From Emiliania huxleyi CCMP1516 (lineage: Eukaryota), in the NCBI RefSeq assembly GCF_000372725.1, contig NW_005201360.1:332881-396880 (forward strand): a DNA stretch of 64,000 nt, written 5' to 3'. Below the pieces are notes generated by a model. It was not told the origin of the DNA, did no database searches, and saw only the letters and a program-made list of their open reading frames with translations. The translations under genes and the position numbers were made by a program. This document shows positions 40,791-50,760 of the stretch, one piece after another; position 1 is the first letter of the stretch, and the number at the start of each line of letters is the position of its first letter.

Positions 40791-43451
40791 ATGGACCCGA
40801 GCACAACCAATCCGCTCACAATCGCCGGACTGACGGCGACGGCGGTGCTCTCGCTGCTGCTCGCGGCGCTCCTCGCCTCGCTGCGGTGGGGCGGCACGTA
40901 CAGCGCGCTGCGTCTCGCCAGCGAGGCCGCCTTCCTCGAGGAGCACGACCGTCGCATCGACGCCGTCGTGGCTCACGACGTGGCTCGGCGGTACAAGCTC
41001 GGCCGGCGCGTGGGAAGCGGCGCGACGTCGGACGTGTTTCGAGTGACGGAGCGCGTGACGGGCGAGGCGTTCGCGCTCAAGCGGATCGGCGTGCGCGGCG
41101 AGCCATCGCTCCTCCGCGCCGTCGAGCACGAGGTTGCGCTTCTGCGGCGGGTGCGGCACAGGCACGTGGTTGGGCTGCACGAGTCGTTCGCCTCGCCGAC
41201 GCGGGTGTGGGCCGTCCTCGAGATGGTGTCCGGGGGCGACCTCTCGTCGCACGTCTCGCGCGCAAAGGGCTGGACGGAGGGCGAGGCGGGCCGTTGCTTG
41301 CACCAGGTCCTGTCCGGCCTCGCCTACCTGCACGCCAACGGGATCGCTCACCGAGACATCAAGCTGCCAAACCTGCTCCTCTCCTCCCGCTCGGCCGAGT
41401 TCGTGGTCAAGATCACCGACCTGGGCGCCGCAACCGCGGCCAAGACCCCATATGTCGACTCGGCCGCCTCGCCAGAGCTGAGGGCCTTCAAGGCGTGGTC
41501 GCAGCTCACCGAGCAGATTGGCACGCCGTGCAACATGGCGCCCGAGGTGTGCGAGAGATAGCCGAGAGATAGCCGAGAGATAGCCGAGATATAGCCGAGA
41601 TATAGCAGATTGGCACGCCGTGCAACTTGGCGCCCGAGGTGTGGTCGCGCGCGTACGGCCCGATGTGCGACCTCTGGGCGCTCGGCTGCGTCTCGTACGA
41701 GCTGCTCCTCGGAGAGCCTCCCTTCGACCCGTACAAGCTCCCCGCAAACGACCCGGAGACGCACCTGCGGCGGAACGTGCGCACCGCGACGTACCCGACG
41801 ACGCAGCTGCAGGCGAGCCCTTCCCCTGGCAAGAGATCAGCCGAGATCAGCCGAGATCAGCCGAGGTCAGCCGAGGTCAGCCGAGGTCAGCCGAGGTCAG
41901 CCGAAATCAGCCGAGATCAGCCGAGGTCAGCCGAAATCAGCCGAAATCAGCCGAGGTCAGCCGAGGTCAGCCGAGGTCAGCCGAGGTCAGCCGATATAGC
42001 TGCAGGCGAGCCCGGCGGTGGCACCCCTCGGCCACGCCTTGGCACCCCTCGGCCACCACGCCTCGTCGCCCCTTGCCTCGCCCCCCGGCCTGGTCCCCCG
42101 GTCTCGTCCCCCGACCTCGCCCCTCGGCGCCCGCATCGGCAGGCGTGGAACGAGCTCAGCGACGCCGCAGTCCGCTTCCTCCAGGCGCTGCTCTGCACGC
42201 AGCCGCGCCGCCGCGCCTCCGCCTGGGAGGCGCTCGCCCACCCCTTCCTCCACTCGCGGTTGCGCACGGCCGACTCGGGGCCGCTGCCAGCCGAGGGCAA
42301 GCAGCCGCCGGACGCGCGCGGCTCGTCTCCGCTCGCCCTTGCCCAGCAGGCTCGCCGCCTCTCGGAACCTTCTCGGAACCTTCTCGGAACCTTCTCGCCC
42401 TTGCCCAGCAGGCTCGCCGCCGCCGCACCGACGCGATCGCCAAGGAGCACGGCGGCGCCGCGGCCGAACCCGGCGACGGCGGCGCCGCGCGTCCGCCCCC
42501 TCCGACGGCGGACGACGAGCTCGCAGAGGGGTCCGCCGTCTCGACCGTCGGCCCGCTCAAGCCCTTCGGGGCAGCGGCGGCGGAGGCCCCTGAGGAGGGC
42601 CGGCGCCAGCAGCGGCCGCCATCTCTCGAGGCCGCGGCCGCGCGCCACACCTCCTCCTCCTCCGCCTCGTCCTTTGGCCGCGGCGGCGCGCCCCCTCCCC
42701 CTGGCACGAGATCAGCCGAGATCAGCCGAGGCCAGCCGAGATCAGCCGAGATCAGCCGAGGCCAGCCGAGATCAGCCGAGACCGCGCGAGACTAGGCTCA
42801 CCCTCGCCGCACGCGCTGGCGGCGGCGCAGCTCTCGACGCGGCAGGGGAGCAGCTCGGCGCTCGTCGGCCCGACCCCGCCGCTTGTCCGAGCTCTGTCTG
42901 CGCCACGCACGCCGTGTCGGCGTGAGCAGGCGATCTTCGACGTTGACCCGCGCGTCTGTTTGGACGTGGCCGGCGAGGAGGAGTGCGCCGCCGTGGCCTC
43001 CACCACGCTGTCCGCCGTGGAGGAGGTGGGCCCGAGATTGCCCGAGATTGCCCGCGAGCTCGCCGAGATTGCCCGAGATTGCGCGCGAGCTCGCCGAGAT
43101 TGCCCGCGGCTGCCTCTCCCCGCGATTGGTTGTGACCGCCATCCTAACGAGCATACTCTCCCCACGGGCAGCGACGCCGAGCGACACGGCTTGCGCTGTA
43201 GGTCTCCTCCCGCCTCACCGGCAGCGAGCCGTCCCCGAGGACTCCCGCGACACCCGCGAGTGCCGGAGGGCGCGGTGGAGGGGCGGGCGCGCGCCGCCCG
43301 GCAGGCCGGCATAGCGGAGGTTCGGCGGGCGGAGGTCGGTTCCCTGCGGCGGCGCGGCGGAGCGAGGGGTCTGCGGACCCGTCTCCGCTCTTGCCGCGCG
43401 AGTCGCGCGGGAGCGAGGCGTCGGACGTGGAGTCTCAAGTCGTCGGACTAG
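40791..43451 (+). CDS. Ser/Thr protein kinase (CAMK-like) with N-terminal TM segment, multi-exon
   Basis: VGSGATSDV, FALK, HRDIKLPN, KITDLG, GTPCNMAPE, CDLWALG, RRASAWEALAHPFL. 3' exons approximate. Confidence 0.88.
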
Positions 43452-44289
43452 GCAGGGGGGCGGTGGAAGCGCCGCTGCCCGTGAGCCCGAGGAGAAGCTC
43501 CTCCAGCCCGACGACGCCCCGCCTCATGGTGTGACCAGCTGGGGTATGACGCCAGGCCTCTGCCTCAGCCTCGCCGTCCGGGCTACTCGTCTTCGTCACA
43601 GGGGCAGCATTCTGGCGGTGCCCCCCTCGAGCCCTCCGTCGCTGCGGGCGGCAGCACTAGCTCGCGGGCGGAGGCAATCGAGGTGCCGCTCGATTCGCTC
43701 GCGCGCCTCTGGGCCGTCTCCTCCCCGGAGCCCGAGGTGTGCCGGAGGGAGAGGCACAGTGGGCGACCACAGGGTGTCTTTGGGCGGTGCTCTCAGCGGC
43801 CTCTCGAAGAGCTGAATCAGGGCACGCCCCCACAACTCTGGGGGCGCAGCGTCCGCCAAGGCTGAGCAAGAGGCCGAGCAAGAGGCGGAGGCCGAGGAGG
43901 CGCCGGCCAACGCAGGTTACAAAACCACCTCTTTCCGAGGCTGGCAGGTGCGCACTAGCACGCAAGCACGGTTGCGATATTGTCCATATTGTGACTGTGG
44001 CAACCCGTAGAGTCGGGGCAACAGAATGTTACACCTGGTGCTGGACGCCGGATCGCTGCGCGTGGGGCCGTCGCGTGAGTGCCGTACCCCCGTGCCCTCT
44101 GGCTGCCGAGCGTGCAACCGTCCTGGTCCAACGCGCAACGGCAACGCATCGCCAACGGTACGCGCGTCAGGCGTCAAGGCTTAAACTAAGGTTTAACACC
44201 ATGTAAGACCGCACACAGAGCTGCGGAGAGCAAAACTCACATGAATGAACGCGCGTAGAGGCGCGGAAAGAGTGCGGGATGAGCACTGA

Positions 44290-46580
44290 TCACTGTCGGA
44301 TATCACCACAACTATCTCTAGAATTCTGCTCGCCGGCTCGTGACAAGTACGTGATGGGAAATGCGTGGCCGTCGAGCTCAACGCCCGGCGCAGCCCCGTC
44401 AGGCCTGGGCTGGATTGAATGCGCCAATGTCTTCCCCTCGGCGTCCCTGAACACGGCGTCGGCTGGCACGAAGTGAATGCCGAGTCCGCGGCGCGGCCGA
44501 GCGCTCGCATTCCGATCCGACCCGTGCCACAAACGGCCATTGTGGATGCCACAACCGCCCATCCGCACGCCGACCGTCACGAGGCCGATATCGGCGGAGG
44601 GGTCAAGGCCCTCCCGCCTCGCCGCGCTGTGCAGGAGCGCGAACCGGTCCTTGTCGAAGAACTGCTGGGCCGACCCGACGCGGCCGTCCTCCCATCGGTG
44701 CGAGCCCGGCACGTACTGCAGCGGGCCGACGTCGTCGTCCATGTCGTCGAGCGCGAGCCAGACGGTGATCACGTCGGAGGGCACAAAGTCGAAGTAGGCC
44801 GAATCGCGGTGGAAAGTGAGCGGCGCCGCGCCGGGCGGCTTGGCCCACACCTGGTCGTTGGCCACCCGCGCCCCCGCCCACCCGCCGAGTCGAGAGACGG
44901 CTCGGCCGAGCGACGGCGAGCACACGACGTCCCGGAATGCAGCGTCCGCCTTGTGGACGTTGATCAGCTGGAGGGTGGTCTTCGAGGGCCCGCCGAGGGG
45001 CGGCGGCTGCTTGCCCGCCTTGCACCGTGTCTCCGCCTTGAAGCGGGGCACCTTGTCGGGCGGCCGCCCCAGATCAAACTCGCCGCGCAGCACGAGCTCG
45101 AGCCTCTGGTTGAGCAAGGCGCACACCTCCGCGCTCAGCAGCCGATCGAGGACGACGAAGCCGTCGCGCTCAAAAGCGGCGCGCTCACGCGCGTCAATCC
45201 TGGGCGTGCGCACAGGGTCGGCGGCCGCCGGCGAGACGGGAGCCGGGCCGCCGTCGACGCGTCCGGCCCAAGGGGGCATCGCCGCCACGGCCGCCGCATC
45301 GCCGATGGCAAGAAGGAGCACACGCTCCGGCTCCTCCGGCGCACAATGCCGAGCGTGGATCGTCCGGCACTCGAGCGGAGCCAGCGCGGCGAGCAGCGCC
45401 TGCGGGCAATCTTGGGGCTCACACGTGGGCGCAACGTGGGTGTGCCACGTTCGGCGACGGCGCGCCTGCAGCGCCGAGTCGGTCGCCTCCGTGACTACGG
45501 CCCCCGACACTCGGTCCAAGTAGACGGCTCGCCGCTCTCGGTGCGACAGGAGGAAGACGCCGCCTGCACGCAGCGGGAAGGGACAGGGGAGCGGCGACTC
45601 ATGGCGCCTTTCGACGCCGCGTGGAGACCGCGGGGGTGTCACCGTGGCCGAGGAGCCGGACGACCGTGGAGCCGAGCAGCCGCGCCGCAGCCTCGCTCGG
45701 GGCGAGGTCGGAGCCAAGGAGCAGCCGCTGCGCTCCAGGAGGGCCGAGCGCTGCGGCTTCGCCCGCCGCCGCCGCCTCGCCCCACGACAGCGCCGACACC
45801 TAGGGCACCACCAGCGGCCCTTCGAGCGAGCAAGCGTCTTCTCTCTGGAAGTGTGTCTCGCCATGCCAGCCCGGTCTCGCGCCCCGTCTCCGCCCCGCCT
45901 CGCCCGCCCCGCTCCCGCCCCTTTCCCCCCCCGCCCTCTCCTCGCTCCCCAGGGCCCCGCCCACCTCGCAACTCGACGTCAAGCCGTTGCGCACCACGTT
46001 GGCGCGGAGGGCCTCGAGGACGGCCGAGTGGTAGTCGGTGAGCACGACCTGCTCACAGCTCGCCATTCACAGCTCTGCATTCACAGCTCGAGGACGGCCG
46101 GGTGGTAGTCGGTTGACCCGCGCCGCGCCGCACCGCGCCGCCACGAGCCCGCACACGCCCGCCCCCGCGCCGAGCTCGACGACCGTGCCGAAGGTGCGGG
46201 CGACCGCCGCCCCGCCCGCCGCCTCGAGGTAGTCGCACAGCAGATCCGTCGCCTCCTGCCAGACCTGGCCCACGCCCGTCGGGTCCTTGGCCGCGTCCTC
46301 GCTCGCCGGCGGAGGCGTCGCGCTCCTGTGCTCCTCGGCCAGCGGCGGCGGCACCGCGAGGAGCAAGTCCAGCCCGCGCTGCAACACCCTCCTCCCGCCT
46401 CGAGGGCCGGCACCCGCCTCTCGCGGCGGCGCAGCGGCAGGGCCGGGGGCCCCGGCATCCGGCTCGCCGCTCTCCAGCTCCGCCCGCACCTCGTCGCCCC
46501 ACGCCTCGAGCGCCCGGCGCAGCTCGGTGTCGGACTGGCCCGCCGTGAGGTGCCTGGCGACCTGCTCGGGCGGGTTCGGC
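44290..46580 (-). CDS. Methyltransf_16-type methyltransferase fused to a PhyH-family Fe(II)/2OG dioxygenase
   Basis: TGVGQVW, VVELGAGAGVCGL, VVLTDY, LSWG, LLLGSDL; then AFERDGFVV, KPPG...FHRDSAY, ITVWLALDD...GPLQYVPGSH and WHGSDRN...RR. Start uncertain. Confidence 0.8.
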
Positions 46581-46609
46581 GCTCAGCTCGAGTGGCGCTG
46601 ATCTGCACT

Positions 46610-47698
46610 CATCCCCCAGCGTCCCTCCGCCGCACAGATACAGCAGCCCGCGCTCTTCGGCGGCGCGACGGCTCAGCCGGCGCAACAGGCGGCTGGCGAG
46701 GGGTGGCGTGTAGCGAGAGGGAGCATGAGAGGGGCCGTGGAGAGGAGTCGAGGCGGGTGCGGCGCCGCCGCACCTCGAGCAGCGCGCAGCACCATCACAT
46801 CTCTCCGTATCTCCCCATATCTCCCCATATCTCGCCGCACCTCGAGCAGCGCGCAGCACGTGACGGGCGTCAGCTCGACGCCGCCCTCGCCGAGGCGGAC
46901 GTCGGCTGGGAAGAAGGCGAGGCGGTCTGACTCCCACCCCTCCGCCGCCCCCTGCTCGTAGGCGGCCCGCACGGCCGCGGCGTCGAGCGTCGTCCGTGTG
47001 ACGAAGAGAAGGTCCGGCTTGCCCACGCACCCGTGCTCGTCGGCCGCCGCCATGCAGCCGATGCAGCGAGGGGGGAGCAGCGCGGCGCGCGGCACGTTGG
47101 TCTCCTCGTGCGTCTCCTGCGTCACAGAGTCGAAGAGCTCCTCGACGGCCAGCCGCGCGGCCGCCTCTGCCGCTGCGGCGCAGTCCGGCTCCTCCTCGAC
47201 ACGGGCGCGCGACGGCTCGGGATGTCCGCTCGGACCGTTGAAGAGCCCTCCGTGCGTCGCCACCGCCGACGAGCGACGGAGCAGGGCGATCTGTCCGTCG
47301 GCCGTGACGAGGACCGTCTCGCACCCGAGCGCGTTCGAGAGGAAGGCGCCTGCGTCGCCGTGCAGCCGCTCGCCGTCGGCGGCCAGACGCAGCCGCTGCT
47401 CGCGTGGTGCCTGGTTGGTGCCGAGGTACTCTTTGTAACCCGTCATGCCGAGGCGCAGCACGAGGCGCGCGCCGTCGCCCTCGTCGGCACACGCCAACGC
47501 TGCCAGCCTGAATTTGCTACCGTCAAAGAGCCTTCCGTTGGACTCGAGGGCCGCGCGCCAGGAGGCATCGATCGCGTCCTGCGGGTGTGGCAGGCGGCGG
47601 AAGCGCCGGTCCAGCTCGACTCGCACGCGCCCGAGCGGAGTGCCACCCACGTCGGGCGAGGACCAGAGGAGGACGTGGGAGCGTCGACGCCGGAGCAT
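46610..47698 (-). CDS. NUDT22: NUDT22-like Nudix hydrolase (UDP-sugar pyrophosphatase family)
   Basis: LFDGSKFRL, LGMTGYKEYLGTN, LSNALG...TADG..LLRRS, PSGHPEP and ELFDSVTQETHEETNV. 3' end uncertain. Confidence 0.85.
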
Positions 47699-47815
47699 GC
47701 GCGGTGTGCACGGAGTCAGCCTCGCCACCCTCCCAGAGGGCCCGGAGTCTCGCGCGCTGGTCTCGCGCGATGCGTGGCTGGGTTTTTGCGGAAAAAAGAA
47801 TCCGCGCGGACTTGG

Positions 47816-47935
47816 CGAGGTTCTCGAGGTGGATATCCTTTGGCCGCGTTGGGTAGCGAGGATTGGTGTGACGCGATCCACGCAGGCGTGTTTTCTGACG
47901 GCCGACCGTCAGTGCACGGAGTTGCCCCTTCTCCG
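47816..47935. repeat. Repeat family B, copy 2
   Basis: Near-identical to 7346-7467. Confidence 0.85.
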
Positions 47936-48500
47936 ACTGCCCCGGCTAGTTCACGAGTTTCGCGGGAGTGACCCCATGCGTCAAACCCGAGACCTAGCGC
48001 GGGTGGGTTGGAGGGGGCTCGCCCCGTTCCTCCCCATCGGGCCGCATAAGCGGCCACGCCTCGCAGATTCGTTTTCGCGCCTGGGTCAGGCGCGCGGGGC
48101 ATCCCCCGGGTCGACCAGCGATCCAAAGACGGTAGTAGCGCGTGCTGACCGTTTGCCACGCAACAGCGCCGTGGAGACGAACGAACAGAAGCTTCAGCTT
48201 CAATACAGAAAAGAATTCAGCCTCCTCGAGTCAGTCAGCGGCGGCCCCCGAACTCCAGAGAGTCTACTAGCCAATGGGCAGGGGCTGCGTCGAAAACTGC
48301 ATTGTCGGCGACTAGTTGTGTCCGCCCGCCGGCCGTCGCCTCGTCTCGCTCAACAGACCCAGCCCGGAACTATCACCACGTCCAGGATCCGTGGGGAGGG
48401 AAGGGAGGGAACAGAGGGGAGCACGATAGGTAGAAGCCTGTGCAGGCATATGAACGCATGGAATCAGCCGGATTATCGCCGGCACACATCGTTTGGAGGC

Positions 48501-49907
48501 CTAGTCATCCTTCTTGCCGTCGTCCTTTCCCCCGTCCTATAAGTTTTGAATCTAGGTTTGAATGTTTCATGGGCAATGCTGCTTTTACGCTGTGTGGGGG
48601 GGGGGTCGGGGGGGCTCACCTTCTTGTCGTCTTTCTTGTCGTCCTTGTCCTTCTCGCCACCCTTGTCATCCTTGTCGCCGTCCTTCTTTTCGTCCTGAAC
48701 CACGGGGGGCGGGCTCTGAGTGCCGCATCTGGAGGAAGAATGCTGGAGGCTCAGCTTGGCGCACCTTGCGGTGCTTAAAGTCGTCGATCTGCTTAGCGGT
48801 CCAGAAAGTACCTCCACAATCCGTACACTTCGCCTCAGTCTTGCTGCACCAGTCGCCCGGGTGCTCGCAGTCAGAGGGGCCAGTCTTGCTGTAGCAGCAG
48901 CTCCCAACGTCACTACTCTTCATGGCAAGCAGCAGGGAAAGGGAGGGAGCGTCGCCCTTCTTGTCGCCCTTCTTGTCGTCCTTCTCGTCGTCCTTCTCGT
49001 CGTCCTTCTTGTCGCCCTTCTCGTCGTCCTTCTTGTCATCCTTGTCCGATCCGTGCTTGTCGTCGTCGGGCTTGTCGTCCTTACAGCAGAACACGGCACG
49101 CGTGAGTCTCGGGCTGCTGGAGCTGCTGGCCGCTGCGCGAGGGAGGGAGAGAGGTCGAGGGCCCAGCGCACGCCTTGTCCGAGTCGTGCTTGCTCTGCTT
49201 GTCGTCAGACTTTTCCTTGTCGCCAGGCTCGTCGTTGTGCGGGTAGTCGGGTATCCATTTGGCGATGCTCGAGGGGATGCACTGGCTGAGCGTGACGCTG
49301 CGGTACTTGCATGCGTAGTCGTTGGGGCACTTCGTGGGACCAGCGTACTTTGCGCCGCCGCACTGCCCCCACGGGCCAGGCGAGGCGGGCTTTGCATCGT
49401 CCTTCCCTCCCGCGGCGAGCGCCACCAAAATGTCATCGTCCACGTCGCCCGTGCGCCAGGCGGAGTACCAGAGGGGGATCCATCCGGGCACGCACTGGGA
49501 GAAACCGGGCTGACGCGCCGAGCACACATAGTCCTTGGGACACCTGGAGGGTGGCGGACAAGGCGGTGGTGGCAGCGGTGTGCGGGAGGCTGTCGCAGAG
49601 GCTGGGCCGCTGGGACGGGCATGTGGTGGCTGCGGGTTGGTGGTTGGGGCCGACGGCACTTTGTCGACCCGGTGTACGCTATGCCGCCGCATTGGTCCCA
49701 CGCGCCAAGCTGCCCAGCGGAGTCGCGCAAGAGGAGCGTCGGGAGGCTTCCCGTTGTGAAGCCAACGAGGACAAAGCATCCAAAGAGCACCCCGAGACCC
49801 GCGCCGACGAGGCGGAGCGGTGCCGATTGACGCTGCTGGGGGGCACCGAGGAGCCCGTACGGCGGCGAGGCCTCTTTCTCCGTGTATCCGAGCATTGCGC
49901 TTTTCAT
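48501..49907 (-). CDS. Membrane-anchored protein with two CBM1 cellulose-binding modules and D/K-rich repeats
   Basis: WDQCGGIAYTGSTKC|PKDYVCSARQPGFSQC and WGQCGGAKYAGPTKCPNDYACKYRSVTLSQC, KKDDEK repeats and a Cys module CCYS...WCSK...CTDCGG. Confidence 0.8.
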
Positions 49908-50760
49908 CCAGATCGGGTCGGTCCGGCCTGCTCTTCGGGGAGCGGAGCGTCCGTTGTCGTTACGTCATCAGTTTGGGGGGGGCGGGGGGGGAGGGGGGTG
50001 ATGGGTCCGATCCGTGCCAGTGGCTGCTCTCGCCGAACGATTTGTGTGTATGTTGGCAAGACTTTGCTTTGGACTGTAGGGGTGAGAAAGGCCGAATGAA
50101 TGCCGAGGCGCGTGTCGCAGGAGGTGGTGGAGAATGACCTCCAGACTGACCCGGAGAATCACCTCCACCAGCCCCACCTCAACACCCCTATTATCACACT
50201 CTCCCCCCCACAGTGACGAATAGTCTACCTATATCCCTATATTCCCACACCCAAGTAGTGGCACGTCACGCTTCCCCAACTCCCGTTGTGCAAGTTTGGC
50301 ACGTCATTGTCTCTGACTGCTTCTCGTGGGGCCGCCGCGCCGCGAGACAGTCGACCTCTTTAATGTTGTGACACCACAACTCGGCGCAGCTGGCGCCTTT
50401 CCCCCCACCGGTGTGACACCACACCTTCGTACCTTGAATACCTTCTACAAACATGTCAGCCTCGGATTGAGGATGGCTTTACAGCTTCACCAGCGGTCAG
50501 CAGTGCCGCAGAGCCGCGCACGCGGCTCACCACTCATACCTGCTGGGCACCGATCTTCGGGTTCAGATGACTATCTCTCGAGCGAGAGACGAGGGACGCC
50601 TCACGAGCCTACGGAGGGCCTCGACCCGTCTTCCGCACGGTCAGACCACTCTCTTCCCTACCACACCACGTTGGGGCCTGGCTCCGGCGTAAGCGAGCCC
50701 AAGGGCGGCATCGATGTACTTGACAAGTCATCGCCGCCTGGCTCCGTTGGGGAGGGGGCT

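Noticed and set aside
46583..46612. In-frame ATG...TGA upstream of the methyltransferase, possible selenocysteine
   Set aside because: No redox motif or SECIS was recognised; an unresolved 5' exon structure is more likely.
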